From positions 4,960,001-5,024,000 of the forward strand of contig JBHGNT010000021.1 of the NCBI GenBank assembly GCA_043228905.1: a stretch of DNA of 64,000 nucleotides, given 5' to 3'. This stretch comes from Azolla caroliniana. Taxonomy: Eukaryota > Plantae > Polypodiophyta. The position numbers and the translations under genes were made by a program. Positions 23,335-36,800 of this stretch are shown piece by piece. The notes beneath the pieces were generated by a model. That model saw only the letters and a list, made by a program, of their open reading frames with translations, did no database searches and was not told the DNA's origin. Within the stretch, counting starts at the first letter, position 1, and each line of letters begins with the position of its first letter.

Positions 23335-23659
23335 ATGGCTTTTGCTTCATCATCGTCATCGTCTTTACAAAACAGAAAGATCCAACTTTCTACACAAATT
23401 ACCTCTATTTCCGTAGGCTTATTTGCTCTTTCTGTTTGAACAAGCATCGCCATGATTTCTTCTTTTTCATCGTCATTACATCACAGAAGAACCCAATATC
23501 TATAAAAAAAAATCTTCTGGTTTTTGGAACTCTAATACAGAGACTCAAAGAATCTCCATGGCCGCGCGCGCCATCATCATCATTATGACACAGAAAAACC
23601 CAATATCTATACTATTTTCTCTTTGTTTTTCAACTGTACTCATTGAAGGTCGTATGTAG
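23335..23659 (+). promoter_or_regulatory. Three tandem upstream ORFs from a triplicated ~110-bp unit ahead of the kinase ATG
   Basis: ATGs at 23335 (GCCATGG, 34 aa), 23452 (GCCATGA, 17 aa) and 23558 (TCCATGG, 33 aa), each followed by 'catc(g/a)tc...cagaa...ccaa'. Confidence 0.5.
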
Positions 23660-23733
23660 CCACTTTGTTTATTTCTCTGTTTCTTGTACTGTTTGTGTTT
23701 TCTTTACACATTCAAAGATCATTCTAATAAAGA

Positions 23734-26700
23734 ATGAAAACAAAGTGTTCCAAAGAAGAGAAATTTTTCTCTTCTTCTTTCTGCTGCTCAATGAATTCTT
23801 CCTCCAGCCCGTCCGTCTCTTCTCGAGCCCGAGATTCTATATTCAATTATGATATAAGTCTTCTGAATCAAGAAGAAACTGTGCTTGACTTGCCGTGGAT
23901 TTCAACTTCTGATCAGAAAGAGATCAGAATTGAGAAGAAAAACAGGAAAGACGATGAAGAAGAAAGTGAGGTTCAAAGACGGGCTCTTGGGAGACTGAGA
24001 TGCTCGATTCTCAAAGAATGGAGCATAAATTCGATAACTCGATTGATGTGTGGCGTCGTTTGCAATCCTCTTCTCAGCTCAAGGTTTGCTTTAATGGTAT
24101 GCTTTCTACTACCTTTTGGGGGTTCAAGAATTGCATTAATTGTATACTTAATACCTGTTTTTGCGTTTTATGGTTAAATTCGAGTGTTTCATTAATGGGG
24201 TTTACACATTTGCTGTGAGGATTGGCATTTGTAGTATCTTTTGTAGCTGAAGGGTTTAAACCCTGTTTAGGGTTTTAGGGTTTAGAGTTCAAGTCTTGGA
24301 ACCCTCTTCTTAGATCAATGTTTGCGGTAATAGTATGTTTATAATAACTATTTAGGGCTATGCAATTAAAGGGTTGCGTTAATGGCATGCTTATGATATT
24401 TGTTTTAGGGTTTAGTGTTGCGTGATGTAGGTTCAAGTTTTAGCAGTTAAGTTTATGTTTTAGGGTTTTAAGATTTTACTACTTATTATAATATCGATTC
24501 AATTTGAGCGTTAGGGTGGTTCAGGTTTTAGTTTACGGGCTTATTATAGCAGTGAAGAATTCGGGGTTTAGTATTCTTTTAATGTCGATCTATGTTTTGG
24601 TCCAGGGACTCAGAATTTAGGGTTTCATGCTTAAGGGCTTTGGTTTATTAAAATGTAGAATTGAGTGAGTTTTTTGGGTTTAGGGTTTTTTAGCATTTAG
24701 GATTTATTATATTGTTGATCTGTTATGGGTACCCTTCTTGTCTGATTAGATTTCGTATTTTCCATTTCTTATCATTATTATTATTCCTTATGGGTTGAGG
24801 TTTTATTGCTTATGATTTATAGTTTAAGGCATTCTTATACATATCATCTATTTCAGGTATCTTTCAGTTCAGACCAGACTCACCAATCTTTGTTTATTAT
24901 TTCTTCTTACATACATCAGGGATTACTGGCATTACTTCTGATCTTGATGACAGCATTTACTTGGGTGCTTACGTCCACAAATGTGGAGCATTCCGTGAGC
25001 TCAATCGCACTGAAATTACGTTCTGAACTGCTCTTCCAGGCAGGAGACAGAGTGAATGCTGTGCTTCAAGGGAGTAATGCTTCTGCAACTTCTTTGGCAA
25101 GGTTTTTGAGTCCATTCATTAATCAAGACAACATATCCTCCCTTTCTTACATTCAAAATCAGGTAAGCTTGGACATTGCATTTTTGAAGATGTAGGATTT
25201 TGGGTTTTAGACATTGAGGATTAAGGATCTTAGTATTAAGGAATAATGAGTAATATTTCTGGTTTAGGGGTTTTGGTTCTAGGTTTTAAGGGGGGGGTGG
25301 GATAATTTAGGGGAGTGTGTTACACTATGACTTTATGTAAGTGTTCAAGGTTGTTGGACAAATTCTTGTGGTGTCTCAGGTGGAGCCTGCTCTGTTCTTA
25401 ACTTTCTCAATCCTTTCGAGGAAAGCACGAGTCACATTCCTCGGTGCAAATGGATTGTTTCGATCGTATGTTGCAGATGCCACAGGGGTATGTCTACTAT
25501 ATGCAAACACTTCATATCTCTTCCCCAACTCATCTGATAAGATTTCAGAGCCATCGGCAATTCCATGGAAGGAAGGCGAAAATTTAACGATTACTCGCCC
25601 ATGGTATAGATGGTATTATCAGAGAGTTGATGTAATCTCAGGTGCATTGATAGGGGAAGCCACATCAATTACTCCAATACCCTATTGGGATATCTTGCCA
25701 TTGAAGAATTCATTGAAAGGTCACTCTACATCGGTGAGTTGGGGACCTTCTCCCATTGATATAAATGAGATTTCATTCTCATTCTTGTCCCCTGTTCAGC
25801 AAAATTTGAGAGAAAATCCAGTCGGGGTTGTCTCAATTGGGGTTTCTATGGCAGACATAATTAGCATTATTGACCAGTTTGAGCTTTATGGTGGGGCAAT
25901 ATACATTGCGACAAATGATGGAAAATTGGTGGCTCAAACTAGATTCAGTTCTTTGCCATTGGACACTGATAATAGCAGCTCAATATCAGCGATTACAAAT
26001 TCTAACAATCCCATTGTTGCCGGGGCTGCTCAATATTTGATGCCATATATCCCTTCCATTTTAGCTATGACAAACCGCTCCTTCACAGCAGAGGATGTTG
26101 ACATTCATGGTACCCGCTACATGATCAATAGTGCACCTCTTCATTTAGCAGGGGCTACATTGGTAATTATCCTTTTTCGGCCTCATCTGTAGCAATTTTG
26201 AATGAAGTATAGAAATTAGTGTTTGAATCTTTTTTCGACTTCAACTAGTTGATCTTCACCATTCATCTATCTTGTGATAAACATAATGCAGGTGTGTACA
26301 GTAATAGTTCCCTACCACAGTGTCTGGGGCATGACGGAAAAGCGAAGCCAAATGACCTTAGCAGTATTGATTGCATTGGGTACTTGTATGGGTCTAGTAG
26401 GATGTTTCTTCATTATTCTATTAACCAAGGGAATCAGCAACGAGATGAGGCTGCGGGCGTCATTGATTCAGCAGCTTGAAGAGACAAAACGGGCTGAATC
26501 AAAGAGCAACCACAAGAGCCTTGTGTTTGCAAACATGAGTCACGATCTTCGCACTCCGTTGGCTGCCATTCTTGGCCTTATTGACCTGTGTCTTTGTGAT
26601 GCTACTGAGTTGTCAGAATTGGAGTCAAACCTCATACAAATGAAATCATGTGCCACCAACTTGTTAGGTAAGGCTTTTTTGAGCTTGGTTTTTTCCTTGA

Positions 26701-29375
26701 GGTGGTTATTGAGTGTGGTTTCTAGTCTCTAGCTCTAATAAAAAGCTTATAATAACAACTTGTACTTTTTTATAGGCATCTTGAACTCAATTTTGGACAT
26801 GAGCAAGATTGAGGCTGGCAAACTTCAATTGCAAGAGTCAGGGTTTGATTTAGTCCGAGCTCTTGAGGAAGTAGTAGATACTTTCTCTGTCTTGGGCTTG
26901 AAGAAAGGTGTGGAAGTTGTCTTAGATCTGTCAGATAGTTTTGTTGAGAAGGCATCTTGGATCTTTGGAGATGGAGGTCGTATAAAACAAATCGTTGCCA
27001 ATCTTCTTAGTAATGGTGTTAAATTTACGTCAGAAGGACATGTTGTATTGCGAGCATGGGTGAAGCCATCTGACATAGCCAATGCTAGACACCAAGGAAA
27101 GCTGATGGGTTGGCCATGGAATCAAATCCTGAGGTCTCCTTCAAGAGAGAAGGATCTGCATAAACTTGTTCAAGGTCTTCCTCACCATGAACATGAAGAT
27201 GGTTACTTACAAATTGAATTTGAGGTGGATGACAGTGGAAGGGGCATACCAAAGGAGCGATGGAAGTCTGTATTTGAAAACTTTGTTCAGGTTGAATCAT
27301 CTGGACCCAGGATTTATGATGGCACAGGTCTTGGCCTTGGCATCGTCAGATCATTGGTAAGTTATAGAACTCCTAGATTGATTTCATACCCATTTTTACA
27401 GCACATTCTTCTCATGTGTTTTATCCTAACAGGTAAGATTGATGGGCGGAGAAATTGACATAATTGACAAGGACGAGCCTGGTGAACCTGGAACTCGATT
27501 TCGATTCAATTTGATTTTAAAGTGTGGTAAGAATCCTGACATAAAGCCAAACGAGGATTGTGTCACAAAAAACATTCAGTTGCACAATGAAGCTTCTTTG
27601 GAATATTCATATGGCGTCGGTAATGGGCCGATCTCTCCTCAATGGCAGCTTGATTCTTCAGGGGCTTTTGCTTTTTCTCATGGTTTAGATCTCACTGGCT
27701 TCAATACTCCACCTATTATGGAATGTGTCCATGTGCTGCTTGCTATGCATGGTCAAGCAGGAGAGCAAATAGTAAAAAGCTGGATGGAGAGGAGGGGTTT
27801 ACAAGTGTGTAATGTAGGGTCGTGGGATGAACTGAGTCCAGTAGTTGAGAGAATGAAGCATGACATGTTTTCTGAAAGTGAGAGTTCTTCGGGGAGGCCT
27901 GGATACAGGTCACCAGAAAGTCGCATCTATGACTCGTGGGGAGATGAACTTGATATAAGAGGTCTTCCGAGAATCCAAATCGGAACAGACACTTGTATCG
28001 AAGGTATGCATATATCGGATGAGGCTCGATGTGCTCACAAAATGAGTCATAGAACATCACATGCCCATCTTCTTCTGATCGTAGATGTGGCTATGGCAAC
28101 GGGGGGCATATCTGATTTGTGTTCAGAGTTAGAGGACATTCTCATGGATGCTGATTGGCCTGCTACTTTTAGAGTTGTATGGTTAGTCAATGTTGATACA
28201 CCAAGTGTTGATATTCAATACTTGAGAAGGCAAACCCATGTTTGCCATCTTATTTTGCATAAGCCATTGTATGCTTCTCGGTTGAAACGAGTTTGGAGTT
28301 TGCTTCAAGAACTAGTAGGGAATGCTGAACGCGATTCTTTCGAAGTTGAGCCTTCTCATCTACATTCAGGAAATTGCGAAAAGGTTGATTTGAATGCTTC
28401 AAACTCTTTATACAAGTCACTTTCTTGTATGAGTACATTCCAAGAGGGAGCAATAGATTTGCCTTCAGGTCTTGTGGGCAAAGCAAGAACCGCAACTCTT
28501 GTAGATAAGAGTGGACCTAGTAGCTCATCTACCTTACTTAGTATGGCTCAAGGAGGAAAACAGCAGCAATTTGATCAAACTGAAAGTGCTAAAGAATCAG
28601 GAAACAAAGATTTTTCATCAATTGAACTTATCTCTCACCGGAATGTGGACAATCTAAATAGAAGTGTAGATGGTCTTTCTGCTTCGAGGGATAAATCTAG
28701 GCTTGCTTTATCAGCAATGCATATACTTGTGGCTGAGGACAATCTGATCCTTCAACGTTTGACTACAACACAGCTCACTAGGCTTGGGGCTAGTGTTGAG
28801 TGTGTTGATAATGGTGCTGATGCTGCTCGTTTAGTCCTTGAGAATCTGTACAGGAATCAGTCATCTTCTCATTCGAGTGTGCAAGAGGATGTTCGAAAGA
28901 ATCACTTGTTCGACCTCGTGCTTATGGATTGTGAGGTATACTAGTTGTTCATTATTTTACATCATAGTTTCAACGAGTCCAGCATCATCAACATACTTAG
29001 GATGTGTGCCATGTAGTGCATCCTAATGCTGTAGATTCTATTGTAAAATATATAAGCACCTTGCTCTCAGATCAATACTGCATTCATTACCATTGTTGCT
29101 GAACTGTATTTATTTATTTCTCTGTATGATTGGTATTGCAGATGCCCATTTTGAATGGATATGAAGCTACACAACGCATTCGTGGTGAAGAAACAAGGTA
29201 TGGTGTTCGAACACCAGTGATTGCTTTAACAGCTCATGCAATGGCCCAAGATGAGAAGAAATGCATTGAGGCAGGGATGGATTTCTACTTGACCAAACCA
29301 CTCTCGATAGATGTCTTACTTGATGTGGTTACGAAACTACTACATAGCCGAAGTAATACTGATGTGGTTACATAG
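23734..29375 (+). CDS. CKI1: CKI1-like hybrid sensor histidine kinase, ~1360 aa; exons 23734-24096, 24920-25162, 25380-26162, 26292-26667, 26776-27356, 27433-28935, 29142-29375
   Basis: GT-AG introns with consistent phases. Two TM helices flank an extracellular region. H-box 'FANMSHDLRTPL', N-box 'NLLSNGVKFT', G1 'DDSGRGI', G2 'GTGLGLGIV', receiver 'ILVAEDN...LMDCE|MP...GYEATQRIR...YGVRTPVIALTAH...KP'. The YGVRTP and DCxMP context is CKI1-like. The exon 1 start codon is the least certain part. Confidence 0.9.
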
Positions 29376-32300
29376 AAAACACAACGGATCCAAATCTCGC
29401 ATTTTGCCCCCTCTGGTGATGATACATTTCCATCATATTTCTCAACACTCCCAGACATATTGCTGGGTTTTTCCAAGAAGGAATGATATGGAGGGGGGTG
29501 ATACATGTAAATATGTATCACATATCTTGGTGGGAAATTTGTTTTACCTAAGCAGAATTCAGCTGAACCTTGAAGAAAACATGCATCAAAGCAAACAATC
29601 GAGCTAAAACATGAACGGTCTTCTGATTCATAAATGAAGATCTGAAGCATGCGCTCGTAATGCCCACACAAAAAACACACACATCTCTATATGCACAAAT
29701 CAAAATTAACATGATTTTTCGATGATTGATGAGTAGTATATAGACAGGTCAAAAACACAACCGGAAAAAAGCCCAATGTATATGTAGATAGATTAAATAG
29801 CTCCAGTGCACTTTGTATTTACTTTCGTTTTCCTAAATTGAGGAAAATGAGCGAGAGAGATTTGAGAAAACTAACCAAAATTCAAAGATTTGACTGGTAT
29901 TTGTTTCTTTTCTGCGTGTATAAAATGTCTGTTTCTGTAAAAAAAAGCAGCCAAGGATTTTCATGTGAAAGTGGGTAGTTATTATCAGTTGGTACCCACT
30001 ATTGATATCAAGTGCACCAATCCATGTAGATTACATATATATGTATCTTGTGATGTTTAGTTGCATGCATAACAGGTTGAGTGATAAACATTCAACATGG
30101 AAACATGGCCATTCAGATTTTCAAAAGGAATTGATCACAAAAGGATCATCCATCCGCAAGCTAGTTTGGAATCGATACCAAGACAGTTTCGAGCAAAATG
30201 TGGAAGCACGGCTGAACCGAGTTTAGCAACACACATTAGGGAAACCGACAGCTTATATGCTAAAGAAAGCGAACATGTGGATGCGTGGACGAAATAGAGA
30301 AGATACAAAAAGGGAAATGGATTGACTCTACAAAAGCATTCCCACCATTAGGGTTTAGGGTTCTTGAAGAGGCAAAGAGAATGTTAAAGATAGTATTGAA
30401 AGAATATGGGATTGGCATGTACATGGATGGTTAAGAACGAGCATGTTTTGATAAGGGAATGATGGAAGACTTTGTATGATGTTTACGATATGATCCTATT
30501 ACATTTGCCTTGTAAGATTGAGTGATGCCATGCGAACTTCACGAAGCAAAGTTTGACACTTTGATTGTCCACATGGCACATAGTGTCCAAGACTTGTGAT
30601 ATCCTGCTCTTGATCGCTGGTAACATATAGTTTGTAGCTATGTCAACAGAATGTTTGATAGAATGTTTGACCAAGATATTGATAGCTCTCTTGAAGGACA
30701 ACTAGTTTGGATTCCAATTCGAGTTATTTGCATTCCACATGCTAAGAAAAAGCTACCATGGACATGTATGCATAAAACTTAATCTTTGAGAACTTGTGTG
30801 ATATATTGTATACATATATAAAGAAACAATGCATAGCTAGCTATTTAAGAAAGGTCCTTGTGAAAGAACTAGATTAACATTGTCATTAAAGTGTCTTGAT
30901 GTTAGATTGGATTTGAGTTTATTTTCTCTCATTAGTGTCATAAAAAAAAGTATCAAGAACCAAACTATTGTATGTGAACTATAAATCATTATAAAATCAA
31001 GTTAAAGAAATGATTATACATACTTGTTGGCACTCACCGTCTCTACTTGGCTACTTAAAGTGATGAATCAGGATATACTTCTTCAGTTGGCATCTATTTT
31101 CATTAAAGCTACTTTCTTGTTTCGCCATAGAGCCTAATAGGGTCAACATGGTACATATTTGCTTGTCCATGCATTGATTTAGACTATCAATCATATGAGC
31201 AATTGGAGCAAGAATCATTTACTACACTATTCCTTTTCTCAAGACTTCTTTAAGTAGGAAATTTATTTACAAAGTTTAACACCATGTAACAAAAGTCTTT
31301 TTAGCCATTGTATGTCCCCAATGTTAACTCTTCTACTATTATTCATTTTCCTCATGACATTTCATCTATGATATCTTATACTCATAGTTAAAGATTTATT
31401 TTCTCTGAGGCCAATACCAAAACAATGATTGTTCACAGTGCAAATTTCGTAGATATAAGCTAATATCATTGTGTGGTGCCATAGAATCTACAATTACTGG
31501 ATGAAGTTTTACACATTTTGGAGTAAAAATTGGCAAATTTTAAGCCGTAAGATGCAAGAGCTTCATGAGTCATGACTTTGTCCTTTTTATCTTTGGTTGG
31601 GAAATTATGTTTTTCATAAACACTAGATACTACATATATGTACATAGAAGTCTTGACATATACACAAATTCCTAGATGTTACTGAGAAATGATAGTTCTT
31701 TTTTTTTGAGAATTCAAGCTTGTCTGGATGATGGCATGATTACATACATATGACCATAAATGCCAATGAATTGCTGAGACACAAAAAACACATGAAGCCG
31801 ATTTCAATGTTGTCATAATATATATCAACCAATTTCTCAACTCAATCCGTATATTTTCAAAATCCAAATCTCAACAATATTTTGTCCAAGAATGATGTAA
31901 CAAGTTTTGCACTGAGATCCCTCGAATGTGTTGTTTATGAAGACTCACTCTTAATCTCACATTATTTTTCCTTCATTATTAAGTGACATATCTTGCTCAG
32001 TTCGAAATGAATTTGTCTTCTTATGAAACATCTAATATCATTGATGAAAACGTATATAAAGGGAAAACCGTCAATGAATAAGTATCCCACAAAAGGCCTC
32101 AAGACAAGGCCTTCCCTAGAAATACATTTGACGGCATGAATCATGATGCAACAATACCACAGATGCGCACACACATCCATTTTGTGCTTTTATCTAGTTG
32201 GTGATTCATATGAATCCGTGTTTATAGCCATATCTCCAATATACATTTAATATTTTATTTATGCAATTTCAACATGTATGATAGAAATAACATCCATCAT

Positions 32301-32744
32301 AAATTCCTGATCGCATTTGCAAGAAGAGATGACGAATGAAATCAAAAGTAAGATGATGAGGCCATCAAAATTGTTCAAGAATGTCATATTATTGTCAAGA
32401 CTTTGGGAAAACGGAAGACCTTGATATGATATTCCCCTTTCCATTCATTACCAAAATATATTCCACAGAGGATTAATCATCACAAAAGTCGGAAAAGTAC
32501 AATAATGAGGCTCATCACACTTTCTTGCCAACACTTCAAAGACAAATATGATTATTTCTCCCAGTTCACGACTCTATAAGCATTATGTAATATACATATG
32601 ATCATTATCAACCAGTAAAAACAATCCAAATAACTTGATACCACCATAGAAAAAAGGTGACCAATTTCAACAACCTTGCACTCAACATATAACACCTAAC
32701 ACTACTTTGTTTAACTTAAACATGCCATAAGGTTAATCGGCCCA

Positions 32745-33810
32745 CATTGTACTAGGATTTAATGACCAACATTACTAGGATTGAACAACCTTTGTTATAT
32801 TAGGATTGATTGAACCACTCTATTGTAATTAGGAGTTAACGACCTACACTTTATTAGGAGTATTCAACAATTTTTATTGCATTAGGATTTAGTGACCTGC
32901 TTTGTGTCAGGGTTTTTTATTTTATTTTAACAAAACTACACCACATTTTCCATTACCAATCCAATAAGCGTATACAAAGCATATAATGATACAATCTAGT
33001 GGAGGGTAAAATAACAGAGAAAAGGTATATCCCCCACTATGTCATAATTGAAACCAAACACCACCTATGGAGGAAACAACCATCGAGGGGGTACATATTG
33101 TCAAACCATTTTGTCATTTCTCTCCACAAAGACGAACAAATCCTTCCACTTGCATTTAAAGGATTGTTGTTTCAGAAAAATGGTATCTTCATTACTAGTG
33201 ACGGAGTGATATTGACCTTTTAAAATTGAAATAAGCATCAACCAAATTTCCTTCACACAATGAATAGGATTTTGCTTCATTTGCTTAAACACATTTTTGC
33301 ATCGATCTATCCAAATATTCCACAGAACCACGATGATATCATAGCCCATACTGTGGCATCCACATTCAACCGATTTGAGCTTGAATATGGTATGTCCTTA
33401 ACTTGTCTTCCCTAGTCTGAAGGGTAAATAGTATCTTTTCCCTTTCATAATTATGCTTTGTGTCAAGTTTTAACCACTTATGCCATAATAGAGGTTAAAG
33501 ACCTACATTGTAATGAGAATGACACTGATAAGAGTATAAACAAAAACTTCTCTAGCTAATATAGTCTAACCTTTTGGTGGCTCTTTCCAATGAACAGATA
33601 TATGAATAGAAGACATCCTTGAGGAAACCCTCACAACCTAGTAGTCAATGTGGTGATGATGACATTTATCAATATTCCACTTGGATCCTCATTATTAGGA
33701 TTTGACGACCTATGTTGTATTAGGATTTGATGACCTATGTTGTATTAGGATTTAACGGTCTACACTATATTAAGATTTAATGGGCTACACTCTATTAAGA
33801 TTTAATGACT
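32745..33810. repeat. Diverged ~25-28 bp repeats '(t/c)taggatt(t)a(a)tgacc' in two blocks, 32745-32900 and 33690-33810
   Basis: Same motif and orientation on both sides of an L1 fragment. Confidence 0.65.
32913..33350 (-). mobile_element. 5'-truncated L1 3' fragment
   Basis: 'VLWNIWIDRCKNVF...KEIWLMLISILKGQY' followed by 'YVPPRWLFPP*'; T-rich run at 32913-32928 corresponds to the A tail. Confidence 0.82.
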
Positions 33811-36800
33811 TGGATTAACTTGTGTCATTATTATTAACCAAGCAGACAATATGAAATGACTTGGATTAACCAAGCAGACAATATGAAATGAACTTTTTCT
33901 TTTCCTTGTGGTTGGCTCCTTTTCTCTGGTGTTTGTATTTGCTACTTCCATTTATAAGTTACCATCTTTTCTCAGACACTTTGGAGCGTGCAAGAAGATT
34001 TGTCCTCAAGATTTTGTACAACCCAATATCTATTTCTATTCAAACTTTACTCATGTCTTCATTTAAGTGAAGTGTCAATGACCATATTTGTGCAATATTT
34101 TTTACTAGAGTGTTACACATCCCATTTTAAGAGTATACCATTCTAGATCATTCATAACATTTGGCATATCCAAATCCAAAGAGACAAACCATAGTGATCA
34201 TTTATTAGTTTTTTGGATTCTAAAAACTTTAAATGCTTGAAATTTTCTTTTGAAAAAGCAACTCTCTCTCACCCTCTAGATTGCACAAGAGATCCTCATA
34301 TTTCACATTTGTCACTAACCACCTTGCCCTTGTGGCTTGGAACTATCCACTCAAGAAAAGCTCATTTGCCAAAACTTACCAATAAGTGATTTCTTTGAAA
34401 GACATTGCTAATAAAAACACATAACTGTGTGGATCTAACACAATTCTCTTTAGGAGAAGAACGTTTGTGCTTAGATATCTTGAAATGCCTTGATATGGTG
34501 TTGAAAGAATAATTAATCATCCACAAGTATGAAAGGATGGCCAAATGAGGTATAACAATTGGCAAAATCGCATGACTTGGACACTTTTACTGCTATTAAA
34601 TGTTGTGCACATGAAAGACAATTGATAAATTCCACAACTATTGTTAGGATTAGTCTCAATCATCTCATTAAGGACTAATCCTCACCTTCAGTTTATTTTT
34701 AGCTCATATTTGTTGTTGTACAGGAAGTGTATTCTTTCATTGGTTTGATCTCATTTGTTGCATGTAGACTTACTCTATTGTTAATGTCCAATCAACCTTT
34801 TTCCTATATGTGAACACTAAAATATATCGTATAGTCCCTTGTTCATCGTTATTTGATGCCAATGCCTTTCTTCTTTTTTTAAACAAATGTGGCAAAATGT
34901 ATTGAAACAAAGCTACGTGTTTAAATACTTCTGTGACCATGTGCAATGTGCAAATGGTAGAGCAAAACCGCGAGAGTTTGGACCCTTGAAGTTTGGATAT
35001 GACTTTAAGTAGGTCTCTAGCCCCATACACTTGTTTTCTTCAAAATGTGTACACACTTCTCACCACACTTACACTCTTTGCATGCATGAATTTACTTTGG
35101 TAACAGAGACAACAAAATCCTACTTTCCACTCAAAAACAAATATAGTTGCATACATGGGCATCATATTTGGATGTACACATTCCAAATTTGAATAGACCC
35201 CTTCTTTGGCGTTGGTTGATTATATATGTTGTGCCCACAACCTTCCAAAAACACCATGACAAGAGTGTCGTGACTCGTCATTGAATCCAATTGAATAATA
35301 TAAGATGCAAATTAAGTGGCTGACAAAATCGATTGAAAGATGGATGATGATTCATATTTCTTCCTTACTTATTTTGATGATTTTTCTTGGAATGCGTAAG
35401 GCAATCAGACAAGATTTGTCAACATGTTCAAAACTTGCCCATCAAAAGTTTCATTATGATTATCATGATTGTTTTCCCAATAACTTCCAACTACTTTTCG
35501 CTGTTGGATCTCATTAAAATACAAGAAAGATATCCAACCCATGAACATGCACCATGTTCTATACCTACTCCTCGACTGCAACTCATTACATACTTTCATG
35601 TAGTTTCTTTCATCCCTTTCTTGCCCCTCTCTTTTCACAACATTTATTTCATCAAAGTTATTGATTGATCGTGGTTGATTCTGTAAGCCCACTTGAAGCA
35701 AGACATTTGAACTTACTGAATGTCATCCAAACTTCATGACATAAGTTATACAAATGTAGTGAGAAGAACCCTTTTTGTGCACCACATCAAAGCCATAACT
35801 TACTAAACAAAGAGATATTGTAGCCGCACTAAAGACAAGTCATGAGACTAGTACATCCTTTTGTTTACCGCATCAAATTTCATAAGTCAATGTCAATGTC
35901 ATTCTTTTTTGACTCACCAAATCCAACAATTAAAAGAGTCGAAATGGCATACACAAATTATTTTTCCCACGTTTAAGCCATGTCTCATGTAATTAATTGC
36001 TTTTGGTTTCCGAATGAAAATTATGTCTTTCTATTTGTATAAGTTGAGCTTCAAAGCATCCAAGACATCTTATTGTTGTGGAATGGGTGTGTGCAGCTAT
36101 TGTTCTTGAAAACATTGTTAGTAGGGCTTTTGGGGGGGGGGGGGAGGAAGCATTCAAGTAAGGTGATAACGAGTGAAATGTTTAATTATGGAGAGGGCAT
36201 TGAGCTTCATGAAAAGCATTTCATAGCATGTCTGTCAATGTAAATGGCTTTTTAGAGACGCCAAATGTTTGTTTGCTCTTTTAAATTGAATGTTTCAATT
36301 GTCCTAGCAATACACATTTAATCAACCTTGAAATCGAGAACATGTTTATGTCCAAGTGACACATCGTGGTGCTCATCATTTCCCTTGATAATTTCTTCAG
36401 AATAGAGTATGAACTAAAGCTTTGTGATAACTTGTATACTTGCATATTAAGTTATCATTTTCCACATACAAAAACAAATATTTTTCGAGAGGAGGGTGGT
36501 TCTATTACATTTCATCCGAATTTACCCATTGGATTATTTGTTTTTTTAAAAAGAGCTTATTGTGAGCATGTTCATAACCTATTCAAACTTCTCAATTGAA
36601 AATGTTGGCGGCACCTTTGAAACACGTGATGCTGAACTATCATAAACTCACATGTCCCAAAGGCATTTATCATGATTTCATTCGCAATTTCTCAAGATTT
36701 GCAAGCCTTGGGACAAATCCCAATCGATAAGCAAATGTGAATGGTTCAACATATAAAGACGAGTGATTCTCACATGTCTGAAGTACATAGTAAGGCCACT

